A stretch of 64,000 nt of DNA from the human T2T-CHM13v2.0 reference genome, Homo sapiens: the NCBI RefSeq assembly GCF_009914755.1, contig NC_060942.1; one strand, given 5' to 3'. Numbering within the stretch: the first letter of the stretch is position 1; the number at the start of each line of letters is the position of its first letter. Positions 1-12,739 of this stretch are shown here, piece by piece. The notes beneath the pieces are model-generated. The model had not been told where the DNA came from, did no database searches, and saw only the letters and a list, made by a program, of their open reading frames with translations. The position numbers were made by a program, and so were the translations under genes.

Positions 1-42
<42 letters not shown>

Positions 43-58
43 ATATATATGTATATAT
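1..58. repeat. (TA)n microsatellite, truncated by window start
   Basis: Direct reading: about 19 perfect TA units, then a degenerate continuation. Confidence 0.95.
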
Positions 59-1004
59 GTATCTCAGGACCTCAGAAGAGAATTAAAGAGTTATAGATTC
101 TGGAGTCAGCAAGTTATGAGTGAGAGGTGAAGCAACTGGAAGAGGACTAAGTTGTCCAAAAAGACTGCAGCAGATTAAAAAAAAAAAAAAAAGAGCATCT
201 GGCTTTAGGCATGGGAACATTTCAGAAATGGGTAAGCAAAAGATAAGAAAGAATCTACAGATACCAGTTTGGGTGTATAAGTAAAAAGATAATTTCAAAA
301 TCATTTCTTTATTGTTTATAATTAGATAAGCCTCCACTAGTGGGAAATGAGAGTAAGAAGACAGAAAAAAAATTGACCTCTTGAGAATAAAAATTCTCAA
401 GGAGGTGAAAGGAGATGGGATTCAGACCTGGACAAGGCTGATTGGAAAGATAAAGGATCCCTCCAAGCATACAATTAAAAATACAAACAATAATAAACCA
501 AAATAAGTTTAAGGGAGGCCAACAGAGTTTGAAGAAGTAAACAATATAACATCTCACCCACCACCACACAAAACTAGCTTTTTAATCAAGAGAAAACTTA
601 TAAAATGGGAATCATGGCCTTTATCCTAAGAGCCATACTGGATGTAAAAATCTCTCTAAAGTACATGATACATATTTAAATATACACATATACATACACA
701 CATACACATACGCATATATAAGTTTTTGAAAAACAAAATTATGAAAAATTTTTCTTTTTTATGCATCTTTTGCTTGTATCAATAAATCCTACAGTCAACT
801 TACAATGAAGGCCAGTTCTTCTCAAACACCATAATGCTCTGCCTAAATCATTCATTTAAAAAATCATGGGTAAAACTTTATGAATAAAATGAAGTATACT
901 TTATGTTAAATAATTTTGAATTTTCTCTATTTAAAAATAATATTGAGATTATGACTCCAGTAAACAAAACTGAAATGCTAAAGATTACATTTAAATAACA
1001 CATT

Positions 1005-1209
1005 CTTTATTATTATTATTTTCTTATTTTAAGTTTTACTTTAAGTTCTGGGATATGTGTGCAGAACATGCAGGTTTGTTACATAGGTATACATGTGCCG
1101 TGGTGGTTTGCTGAACCTAACAAACTGTCATGTAGGTTTTAAGCCTCGCATGCATTAGGTATTTGTCCTAATGCTCTTCCTCTCTCCCCTTGCCCCCCAC
1201 CCACCGACA
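1005..1209 (-). mobile_element. L1PA (L1PA7/8-like) 3' UTR end, heavily 5'-truncated
   Basis: T-rich tail followed by TTTAAGTTCTGGGATATGTGTGCAGAACATGCAGGTTTGTTACATAGGTATACATGTGCC, the reverse complement of a primate L1PA 3' end. Confidence 0.9.
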
Positions 1210-2629
1210 TAGTGCATTAAAACATCAAGTATTGTAATTTGCAGTTTGTGATACACCATTTAGGCTAGAATAAGAAACCTTTTAAGTATGAAATAGGAAG
1301 ACATAAAGAAATTAATTAATTTTTAAATTTAATTTTAAATTTTCAATTAATGTTTATATTTTAATAATAATGCTTATAGTTTAATATTAGCTATTGATGT
1401 TTTATCTATAAAGGTAGACTATGAAATTTACTTTTTACATATTTCAACTTTCTTAGTTTTCAAGATTTTTCAAATCATGTACATATTTGATGATTTTTAT
1501 GATTCATTGAGGTAACTATTTGATAATATTGTTCAAAATGACCACATTAATTATGTTTTTAGTAATGATTTACTCCCCAAAAGGTATATGTTTCCACCTT
1601 AAATTCCTGTAAATAAAATTCTTGTGATAGCTTCTTAAAAAGTAAGAGAAAAGAAAGACAGAGAAAACTGATTCCTTTCTACTTGGAGCTTGATTTCAAA
1701 TATGTAAACCCCAACTACGTAATTCTGTACACAGGGATCTCATTATTTATTTTCATAGTTGCTGCTTTGTTTAAAATTTTGTCTCTAAAGTTTGTATTTG
1801 GCAAGACAAATAGAAATAAGCTGGTTTATAATTTTTCTTATTCTAAGATGTGCATGTGTATATGTGTAAGTATGTTTTAATTTCTAATGGCCTGTCCAGA
1901 TGATGGTATCACTCCTGGAGACATGGCAACCCATATGAGAATGTTTATATACACTGGGGTGGAGAAGAACAACCATGCCCACATCCTAATTTAAATCACC
2001 TTCACCTTTGAAATGTTAAAACTGTATGTGTCCTTTTCAATTTCTCTCTGCTCCTCCTTTTCTCCTATGCTCTTGCTCAGAAAACATTTAATTTCAACTC
2101 AGGTGTATTTATTAGAAAGAATCCTTCCATTTTAATTTTTTAAAAGTCATTGGAAGCAGATCCTGTGTCCTTATAAAATTCCACAATAAAACATTTACTT
2201 TTGTAAGCTATGTGTACCTAGATGGTGATATTATTGTTAGGAAATAAAATGAGAGCATTTGGTAACTATGGCAACATGATATGTTTCAAAAGAAATATGA
2301 ACTCTTTTTCCTTGACGAAATCAGATATTTTCCTTGGCTGGTACTTAGGGATCCAAGTCTAGAAGAGAAATAGGAGTTTTAAAGGCTCACTATTTTAGTC
2401 TTTTTTTTTGGGGGGGGGGAAATTGTTCACTTAGCCACATCTGACAAAATAAAAGATTAAATTTGAGGCTGCAGAAACAAAACTGCAGTTGTAATTTGCC
2501 AGCACCTAGTCCATGTTAGGGTAAACAAACACAGTCAATTCCCATTTGTCTAAAGTTTAAGCAATAATAATTTTCAAAAATGGAATTTCTTGCCTTATTA
2601 TTTTTTCTCTGAAACGCACAAAATGAGAA

Positions 2630-3002
2630 TGTGTTAGTCTAGTCTCATGCTGTTGATAAAGACATACTGAAGACTAGGCAATATACAAAGGAAAGAGGTA
2701 TAATGGAGAACTCACAGTTCCACATGGCTGGGGAAGCCTCACAATCATGGCAGAAGACAAGGAGGTGCAAGTCACATCTTACGTGGATGGCAGCAGGCAA
2801 AAAGAGAGCTTGTGCAGAGAAACTTAACATTTTTAAAACTATCAAATATCATGAGACTCATTCACTGTCTTGAGAACAGCGTAGGAAAGATCCACCCCCA
2901 TAATTCAATCACCTCCCACCCGGTTCCTCCCAGGACATGTGGGAATTGTGGGAGTTATAATTTAAGATGAGATTTGGGTGGGGACACAGCCAAACCATAT
3001 CA
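2630..3002 (-). mobile_element. THE1 (THE1B/C-like) solo LTR, ERVL-MaLR
   Basis: TG...CA ends; ends in GGGACACAGCCAAACCATATCA (reverse complement of the THE1 start); 373 bp; perfect 5-bp TSD GAGAA at 2625-2629 and 3003-3007. Confidence 0.95.
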
Positions 3003-4046
3003 GAGAATATTCCTTACATAAAGATATATTGAAAAATGTTACTTCTTGTTTCAGTCATTACACAATAATAGAGTCCAACTTCTAAGTCAATAGTTTTAAA
3101 CAAACAATTTATTTTCACCACAAAGATTCCAAAACACTATGTGACTGTGAATTATCATCCTAATCACATTAATTTTTTGGTATAATTTTAGGGTTAGTTT
3201 GGATTATTTATGTATGGGTTCTGTGAAAATTATGACAGTAAAATATGCCTGTAGCCATTAGCCTATAACAGGAGATCTCATTGTGAGCTCAAGGAAGAAG
3301 TAAACACACTGAAATTTCTATATTGGTGCAGGATGATGGTAATTGCAAGAAAGGGCTTAAATAAAACAGTAGAATAAAATTCAATCTGATACAAAAAAGT
3401 CAGAGGCAAGACAAAAATAGTTTATAAATATAAAATAAGGAATCAAATCTAAGCTTGTGCATGAATAAGATAAAAAAATTATCAAATTCATGTTCAGTCT
3501 GGTAGGAGTGACCTAGACAAAACATGAGGAAGAAAGAGGGACTATCTCAGTAATTTTATGGGATTATTATGACTTTTAAAAATATTTGATCTTTTGAACA
3601 TCTCACAGGATAAAATATTGAATTAATTAGAATATTTAGTTGACTGAAACACCCATTTTCCTACTCATTTTAAAAAACTGAATTTTAATGTGTATAAGTA
3701 TAGATTAATGAACGTATACATAAACAGAGAAAGAGAGAGAGGGAAAAAAACATTCTCTGCATATTGTTTCTTCTTGCAAGAATGTTAAGAACAAAGGTTT
3801 TTCTTTATGTCTCTCTCCAATTAAGTTAAAGATGGTGGAGCTGCATACTAGTTGCTATTATAATAGCTTTTGCATAACATTTTATTCACAGTTGGGAAAA
3901 ACAAATGAGCAAATAAACATTGAGATGTAAAAGCAGTATACCACTACCTTTAATGTACCAGTCTTTATTAGGTAAGAGAGTGTATTGATGTGTATATTAT
4001 CTTCTGCTTTATGAGGTAGCTTACTTTCACCTGCTTAGGTGGGAAC

Positions 4047-4157
4047 AGATAGATGATAGATGGATAGATAGATAGATAGATAGATAGCCAGATAGATTAG
4101 ATAGATAGCCAGATAGATTAGATAGATATATAGACATATAGGTAGATGGATAGATAG
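4047..4157. repeat. (TAGA)n tetranucleotide microsatellite, interrupted
   Basis: Direct reading. Confidence 0.9.
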
Positions 4158-4480
4158 CGTCTTAGTCCATTTTGTGCTAATGTAGCATACCTTAGACTGG
4201 GTGATTTATAAAGAACAGAGACTTATTTCTTACAGTTCTTGAGACTGGGAAATCCAAGGTTGAGGAACCTACATGTAACAAGGACCTTCCTCCTGTGTTA
4301 TCCCATGGTGGAAGGCAGAAGAGCAAGACAGCATGTATGCATGTGACAGAGAAATAGGAATAGTGCTGAACTAATCCTTTTATCAAGAACTCACTTCCTA
4401 GGTAGCTAACCTACTCTCAAGATAATGGCATTAATCAATTCATTCAGCAGAGCACTTGTAACCTAAGTTACCTCTTAACA
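4158..4480 (-). mobile_element. MaLR LTR fragment (MSTD/MLT1A-like)
   Basis: CTTAGTCCATTTTGTGCT...AGACTGGGTGATTTATAAAGAACAGAGACTTATTTCTTACAGTTCT is the typical MST/MLT1 reverse-complement end. Confidence 0.75.
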
Positions 4481-4659
4481 AAAACATTTTTGTCAACTAA
4501 AGTACAGTGTTCATGAGACAAATAAAATTCATTTATATCATATATAAAGTAACTTAGGTTAGCACATTTTCTTCCTCTACTGACTTCAGTGAGGTTGTGT
4601 CACACATGTGAAATACAGTTAGATTTTTTTTGCTTAGTTGGTGTCAGGGATCTCCAGAC

Positions 4660-7417
4660 ATACTATATGTTTCTTTTTAAATTTGCATACATTAAGGTTT
4701 ACTATTTCTTCTGTAAAGTTCTGTTGGTTTTGACAAATATATAATGCCATGTATCCACTATTGCAGTATCATACAGCATAGTTTTATTGACAGAAGAATC
4801 ATTTGTGCATCAATTATTCTTCCATCCTCCTTTACTCCCCACAAACATTTGGCAACCCCTGATAGGGTTCTTTCTTGTGGAATATCACATAATCAGAATC
4901 ATTAGTCTGTATCCTTTTCAGATTGGCTTATTTCACTTAGAAATTTGCATTTAAGATCCTTTCATTTTTTTCATGGTTTGATTACTCATATCTTTTTATC
5001 ATTGAATATTATCTCACCATATGGATGTATCACAGACTATCTGTTCACCTCTTGGGGAACGTCTTGATTGCTACCAGTTTGGGGTAATTATGAATAAAGC
5101 ATCTATAAAAATATAAATAGAATTTTTGTGGGCAAAAATTAACAAATCAGTTTAGTGAAAATCTAGGAGCATGATTGCTGAATTATATGTTTAGCTTGAT
5201 AAGAAATTGAAAAGCTTGGGAGGCTGAGGCAGGAGAATGGCATGAACCTGGGAGGCAGAGCTTGCAGTGAGCCAAGATTGTGCCACTGCACTCCAGACTG
5301 GGTGACAGAGTGAGACTCTGTCCCAGAAAAAAAAAAAAAAAAAGAAAGAAATTGAAAAGTTGCCTTCCAAGGAATCTGTACGGTTTTTCATTTCCACCAG
5401 AAAAGAATGAAAGTTCCTGTTACTCTGCATTCTTCTCAGTATTAAGTATTATCAGATTTTTAGATTTTAGCAATTCTAATAAATAAGTAGTGGTTCCTAA
5501 TTGTTTTAATTTGCAATGTTCTAGTAACAAATGATGTTGACCATTTTTATTTTCTATCTGTGTATCTTCTTTGATGAGGTGTCTATTTAATCTTTTGCCA
5601 ACTTTCAAATGTGATTGTTTTCTTATTGTTGAGTCTTAAGTGTTTATTGTATATTTTGGATACAAACCTTTTATCAGATGCATGTCTTGCAAATTTTTTC
5701 CCAGTCTATTACTTTTTAAAAATTATCCTAACAGTGACTTTCACAGGGCTGAAGTTTTTAATTTTAGTAACATCTAAGCTTTCACAGAATCTTTTTGTGG
5801 TTGTATCTGAAATCTTATGGCCAAATTCAAGGTCACCTAAATTTGCTCCTATATTTGTAGTTTTGCATTTAAATCTATGTCCTATTTTAAGTTGATATTT
5901 TGTGACGCTCTGAGGTTCGTGTGTCCAGGTTCATTTTTTTATGTGTGTGCAGAAGGATATCCCATTGTTGCAGCACCACTTACTGCATTTATTGCAAAGA
6001 CTATTCCTTTGCTATTGAATTGCATTTTGCTCCTTTGTCAAAGATCAGTTGATTACATTTGTATGAGGCCTATTTCTGGACCCACTAGTTCCACTGAACT
6101 ATGTGTGAATTCTTTAGTCAATACCACACTGTCTTGACACTGTGCCTTTATAGTAAGTCTTAAAATCGGGTAGTATGCATCCTCCAACTTTATGGTTTTT
6201 CAGTTTGCATTGAGTATTTCAGGTTTTTTGACTTTTCATATAAACTTTATATATCTGTTTGTTGATATCTAAAAAAAGTATTTTTCTAAAAAATTGGGAT
6301 TGCATTGAATATATTCATCAAATAGGAGAGAATTAACATCTTAACAATATTTAGTGAAGTAATGTTGAACTTATCACACTTTATTTAGATCTTCTGTAAT
6401 TTCTTTTATCAGAATTTTGTAGTTTTTCACATGTAGTAAAAGACATGTAGATTATTAAAAAATTTTGTCTGATTTATATCAGTATTTATTTTCATGTCTG
6501 TGCAATTGTAAATGGCATTTTTAGAAACTAATATTGTTTCTCATTGCTCACTGCAAAGGATGAATTTCATAGTAAGTAACTAACTTTTGTATATTGACCT
6601 TGTTTTCTGAGATCTTATACTTAAATTAGATTTTAAAAACTTCTTGTTTTTGCAAATTCCTTGAGATTTGTTATATAGATAATAATATAAACTCAGCACA
6701 GATAGTTCTAATTCTTCCTTTTCTATCTTTTTTATTTCTTTTCTTGTCTTATTGCTCTAGTTAAGACTTTTAGTATGATGTTGAGTAGAAATGATGAGAG
6801 AAGTTATCTTTGCCTTGTTCCCAGTCTTAGAAGAAAAGCTTCCAGTCTCTCAACATTAAATATGATTCCACCTGTAGGATTTTTGTAGGTGTCTTCATCA
6901 AATACAGGGAGTTCCCATCCTCTCTACTTCTAATTTGTTAATACTTTTTATTATGAATAGGTGTCATGTATTTTCAAATGCTTTTTCTGTATCTATTGAT
7001 ATAATTATTCAATTTTCTTCATTTGTCTTTAATGTGGTAGATAACACTGACTTCTGGATGTAGAACAGCCTTGTGTCCCTGGAAAAATTCCTTCTAGATC
7101 ATGGTGTAGAATTATTTTTATATGTTGTTGTTTTATTTGTCAATATTTTATTGAAAAATTTTGAATCTGTGTTCATGTGAAATTTTCACCTGTGTTCATA
7201 ATCTTTAGTTTTCTTTTCTGTAAGGGTTTTATCCATATTTAGTATTAGAGTGACACTGTCTTCATAAAAAATGTTAGGAAATATTCTTGTTTTTTTCTAC
7301 TTCCTGACAGAGGTTGTGGAAAATTTGTACAATTTCTTCTTAAACAATTGGTGTATTTCAGCAGTGCAACCATTCAAATATTGTGGTTTCTTATTTGAAA
7401 AGTTATTAGTTATTGAT
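4660..7417 (-). mobile_element. Old L1M (L1MB/MC-type) 3' UTR and ORF2 fragment, left part
   Basis: T-rich antisense L1 motifs (GGATACAAACCTTTTATCAGATG, TTTAGTATGATGTTGAGTAG, TGCCTTGTTCCCAGTCTTAG). Interrupted by an Alu at 5215 and by the MLT2 provirus at 7418. Confidence 0.85.
5215..5345 (+). mobile_element. 5'-truncated AluY (part of right arm plus poly-A)
   Basis: GAGAATGGCATGAACCTGGGAGGCAGAGCTTGCAGTGAGCC (AluY-type diagnostics); 14-bp TSD AAGAAATTGAAAAG at 5201-5214 and 5346-5359. Confidence 0.92.
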
Positions 7418-9668
7418 TGTCATATTTTGTTTTATGTGTTAACTTTCCTGGATCACGGGATCCAGACATCTGTTTAGACAACATTTCTCAGTGTCTCTGT
7501 CATGGTATTTATGGGAGAAATTAACATTTTTATCAATAGACATAGTAAACTTGATTGCCCTTCTCTATGTGTGATATCAACTAATTCAGTGAGCATCTGA
7601 ATAGAAGAAAATGGTGAAGGACAGGAGAATTCACTCTTTCTCTGCCTGATTGATTGAGCTGGAATATCTATTCCTCTCCTTTCTTTGAAATGCCAGGCCT
7701 ACAAACTGGGACTAAAATTACACCATTGAATCTTTGACTTTCAGGCCTTCAGACTACACCAGCTGGGTCTCCAGGTTTCAGAGGACAGATTTTATTGATT
7801 TTATTTCTCTGGATAACCCTGACTAAGACATATATTGGTACTGGGAGTGGTTTTACAGAAACAGAATTTTATAAATAACTTTCCCAAATTGATGCTGTAG
7901 ATTTTGGAATAAATTGTCTAATCTGATTAGATGTAAAGGTTTGGATGACTCTATTTCCGGTAGTAAAGAGAGCACTAACATCCATGACATAATCTGGTAA
8001 TAGAGATATACAAAATATCTGCCTTGGATGCCACTTATAAAAAGCAAGGAACTGAATGACTGTGTAGATGATGCTTTTGAACAGTTTTGGAAAACTAACA
8101 AATATAACAAGGTTGGCCGTTTGCTCCTAATGTCACTGGACAAAGTGGTGAAAGAAAAGGATGAGCTTAGGATTTAAATTCCCACAAGCATAAGTGACCT
8201 GAGGACTTATTGTCATCTGAAGATAACTCTTATTTTTGGTGTCCACAGAGTTGAGATTGCAGAAAGTGAAATGCAGAATCTCATCCTGTGAATGGCTGAA
8301 TTGTAACGGAAATTAAACTCCAAGTCTTTCAGCATGTTCTTGTTAAAGCAAGAACATTTGTTGAGATAGAATGGGGAAAGGGTTTCCAGAAGGCTGTGTA
8401 TGTTCTGTATCAGCATCTGATATATGATCCTGTTTCTCCTACAGCCAGCATTCGTGGGTCTAGGAATTAAGGAGTAGAAATGGGAGTGAAAACCCTCACT
8501 ACTACCACTACTAACTCACTAGCAAAATATTTATTTTCTTTTCCCAAACCCTGTGCTGTGCTGGGCTGGAGGTCTTAGTTGCAAAGGGAGGAGTCCTTCC
8601 ATTAGGAGACACAATAATGATTCCATTGAAATGGAAGCTAAGACTCACCTGGCCACTTTGAACTCCTCATGCTTCTCAATCAATAGGCAAATAAGGGAGT
8701 TAAAGTACTATCTGGGGTGATCCTGACTACCAAGGGGAAATTGGACTGCTAGTTCATAATGTAGGTAAGGTAAAATACATTTAGAGTGTGGGTGATCCCT
8801 TATAGTTTTCCTTAGTATTACCATGCCCTGTGATTAAGGTTAATAGGAAACAACAGCCCAATGAGGACAAGGTTGTTAGTGATCACAGCCCTTCAGGAAT
8901 AAAAAATTGGGTAACCACAAAAGACAAAAAACCACTACCAGCTGAGGTGCTTCCTGAAGACAAAGGGAATACAGAATGGTTAGTTGAATAAAGTAGTTAT
9001 AAATACTAGCTATGACTACATGACCAGTTACAGCAATGATAATTTTGATTGTCATAAATATGATCTCCCCATTTTGTTATAAATGCATTTTTGATTGTGT
9101 ATATATTGTGTATATAATACCGTTGTTTTCTTCTTTCTCCTATTCTCTTATCATGTAACATAAGATATATTGGCTTTATATCATAGTATTTAAGTATGTA
9201 AGGAGATGAATATAAGTGCCACATTGACAATTAGTGTATTTGTGAAAGTTAATTTTGTTAACTTGACTGGATCACAGGATGCCCAGATAGCTGATTAAAC
9301 GCTATTTCTGGGTGTGTCCATGAGAGTGTTTATAGAAGAGATTGGCATTTTAATCAGCAGACTGAATAAACTGAGTTGGCTTCCCCATTGTGGATGGGTA
9401 AGATTTAGTCCCTTGATAATTGAATAGAGCAAAAAGATGAAAGAGAGAGGATTCATTCTCTTTCTGCCTACTTGAACTGAGACATCAATCTTTTCTTGCC
9501 CTTGGTCCTTCTGTTTCTCAAGCTTTCAAACTCAGACTGAAATCTATACCATTGGCTCTCTGGCTTTCAGGCTTTTGAACTACACCACTGACTGTCCAGT
9601 GTCTCCATCTTGCACAGATGGGATTTCTCAGACTTTATAATTCCATAAGCCTATACCTCATAATAAAT

Positions 9669-9736
9669 CATATATATATATATAAATCATAATATATATT
9701 ATATATATAATATATATATATAGCTATAGCCAGATC

Positions 9737-9778
<42 letters not shown>
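9669..9778. repeat. (TA)n plus (TAGA)n microsatellite inside the MLT2 3' LTR
   Basis: Direct reading; about 10 perfect TAGA units at 9738-9778. Confidence 0.92.
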
Positions 9779-9781
<3 letters not shown>

Positions 9782-10400
9782 TAGTTTGTTCTTAGGCTGC
9801 TGTAGAGAAATACCTGAGGCTAGGTAATTTATAAAGAAAAGAGGTTTAATTGACTCACAGTTCCACATGGCTGGAAAGTCCTCAGGAAATTTACAAGCAT
9901 GGCAAAAGGCACCTCTTCACAGGGTTTCGGGAGACAGAATGAGTGCAAGCAGGGGAAATGTCAAATTGTTATAAGACCATCAGATCCCACGAGACTCACT
10001 CATTATCATGAGAACGACATGAGGGAACTGCCTCCATGCTACAATTACCTCTACTTGGTTCTGCCCTTGACACATGGGATTATTACAATTCAAGGTGAGA
10101 TTTGGTTAGAGACACAGAGCCAAACCATATAATTTCACCCATGGCCCTCTCAATTCTAATGTCCTCACATTTCAAAACACAATTATTCCCTTCCAACAGT
10201 CCCACAAAGTTTTAATTCATTCCAGCATTAACTCAAAAGTCCAAGTACAAAGTCTCATCTGAGAAAAGGCAGTCCCTTCTGCCTATGAACCTGTAAAATC
10301 AAAAGCAAGTTAGTTACCTCCCAGATACAATGGAGTATAGTCATTGGGTAAATATGCACATTCTAAGTGGAAGATACTGGCCAAAACAAAGAAGCTACAG

Positions 10401-10849
10401 TGTAACGGTTAATATTAAGTGTCAACTGGATTGGATTGAAGGATGCAAAGTATCGATCTTGGGTGGGTCTGTAAGGGTCTTGCCAAAGGAGATTAACATT
10501 TGAGTCAGTGGGCTGGGAAAGGCAAGCCCACCCTTAATCTGGGTGGACACAGTCTGATCAACTGCCAGTGTGGCCAGGATATGAAGCAGGCAGAAAAACG
10601 TAAAAAGCCTAGACTGGCTTAGCCTCCTAGCATACATCTTTCCCCTGTGCTGGATGCTTCCTGCCCTGGAACATCGAACTCCAAGTTCTTCAGCTTTGGG
10701 ACTTGGACTGGCTTCCTTTCTCCTCAGCTTGTAGATGGCCTATTGTGGGACCTTGTGATCATGTGAGTTACTACAACATAATAAACTCCCTCCCTTTCTA
10801 TATATAGATCCTATTAGTTCTGTCTCTCTAGAGAACCTTGACTAACACA
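10401..10849 (+). promoter_or_regulatory. HERV-L 5' LTR (MLT2A1-like)
   Basis: TGTAACGGTTAATATTAAGTGTCAAC...GAGAACCTTGACTAACACA; 449 bp fits MLT2A1 better than the longer MLT2A2; direct repeat of 16483-16948. Confidence 0.92.
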
Positions 10850-10854
10850 GAGTT

Positions 10855-10869
10855 TGGTATCAGGAGTGG
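10855..10869 (+). promoter_or_regulatory. Primer binding site, tRNA-Leu
   Basis: TGGTATCAGGAGTGG just after the 5' LTR, one mismatch from the complement of the tRNA-Leu(TAA) 3' end (TGGTACCAGGAGTGG). Confidence 0.85.
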
Positions 10870-10893
10870 TTCTAGAGGAACAGAATATTAATA

Positions 10894-12700
10894 ATGGAGT
10901 TCTTCTGTTGTTTTTAGCATTTCTAGAATGGCTGTTTAATATGATTAGACCCCAAAATGCTAAGGACTCTACTCTAATAGTATGGAGAACACTGATAGTC
11001 CTTGGCATGAACAGTTTAGATAGTTATGAAAAATAAACCCATTTGACACTCGTGATTCACTGCTCATGACAGTCAAGGAGTTTAGTGACTCTATACATAA
11101 TACCTTTGACTATATATGGAGAATGAAGGAACAAAATGAAGTTGGTTGGGTGCTCCTAAGTTCACTTGACAAAAGGATGAAAGAAAATGATGAACTCAGG
11201 GATTCTAACTCCCAGGTTCAGAAGCAGATACTAACTATCAAATCTGCTAAGATTACCCTGAGTGGGAGTCTTATCTCCTGTAGAGACAGAGCTGAAATTG
11301 TGGAAAAACAGATACAAGCTCTTATCATGCGAGTGGCAATACTGCGATGAAAGTGCATGCACAGCCTCACCAGGTGTCTACTGTTAAAGTGAGGGCATTA
11401 ATTGGAAAAGAATAAGACCCTGCAACTTGGAAGGGGAAGGTGTGGGAGGACTCTGATGAAGGTGGGCACACTGAGCTTGTCAACTCTGATGAACCCTTTT
11501 TGCCAGAAGAAACAGCTTCTCCATGCCCAATAGTGGCAACATCCCCTCCCCAGTCCATGCTGCCATCAGCCTTTCCACCTTTGTCTGAGGAGATAAACCC
11601 TGCGCTGCCTGAGGCAACAGTGATGACCTCCCCTGAGGCAGTCGTCAGGCAAGATAATGTTGATTCTCCTCAGGAGCCACCCCCAACACTCCTGTTTGCT
11701 TCTAGGCCTATAACTAGACTAAAGTCCCAGTGGACCCCTAAGGGGAGATTGAGAGTGTGACCTATGAGGAGGTGCACTACACTCAAAAGAACTGCTTGAG
11801 CTTTCCATTTATATAAGCAAAAATATGGAGAACAGGAATGGGAATGGATATTAAGGGTATGGGATAATAGTGGAAGGAACATACAGTTGGATCAGGCTGA
11901 ATGTATCGATTTAAGCCCACTAGGTAGGGACTCTGCATTTAATGTTACAGCTTGGGAAGTTAAAAAAAGGTTCTGATAGTTTATTTGCTTGGTTGGCTGA
12001 AATATGGATTAAAAGATAGGCTACTGTGAGCGAGCTGGAAATGCCTAATTTCCTCCCTTGGGTTAATGTAGAGGAAAGAATCAAAAGGCTTAGAAAGATT
12101 GGGATGATGGAGGAGATTAGTCATTTTACACTTACTTATCCGAGCTGAGTGGGTCCAGAAGATATACCCTTGACCAATGTTTTGTGAAATAGACTTGTGA
12201 GGCAGCACCTGCATCTTTGAAGAGTGCTGTAATTGCTCTTCTCTGTATATCAGATCTAACAGTGGGAACTGCAGTCACTCAACTACAAAATTGAAATACA
12301 ATGGGAATAATTGGATCCTGAGGTGGCAGGGGCCAAGTGGCAGCACTAAACCATCACAGGCAAGGTGGGCATCGCTATTATAATGAACAGCAGAGGCAAT
12401 GCAGCAATTAAATAGTGCAAACTCATGTAGAACTCTGGTATTGGCTAATCATGATGTTCCTAGAAATGAAATTGATAGGAAGCCAACTGAATTCCTGCTT
12501 AATTTATATAGGCAGAAAACGCCCAGGTCAAATGGACAAAAGACTAACTTGAATGATAAAAACAGAGAACCATGGCCCCTCAATGAATTTCCAGATTGAA
12601 GCCAGAACCAGAACCCCTTGAATAAAGGGGAGGTCAGGTCCCTTTGATCAAGAACCCCACTATACTACTGACAATTTATGCTGTTATTCTTTCTCCCATT
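10894..12700 (+). pseudogene. gag: HERV-L gag, disrupted by stops and frameshifts
   Basis: ORF fragments 10854-11036 (MIRPQNAKDST), 11066-11350 (KENDELRDSNSQ), 11440-11760 (Pro-rich) and 12399-12599 (NHDVPRNEIDRKPT) between PBS and protease; end approximate. Confidence 0.85.
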
Positions 12701-12739
12701 CTTCCCCAAGGAGACTTCTGACCTGTTACCAGGGTAACT

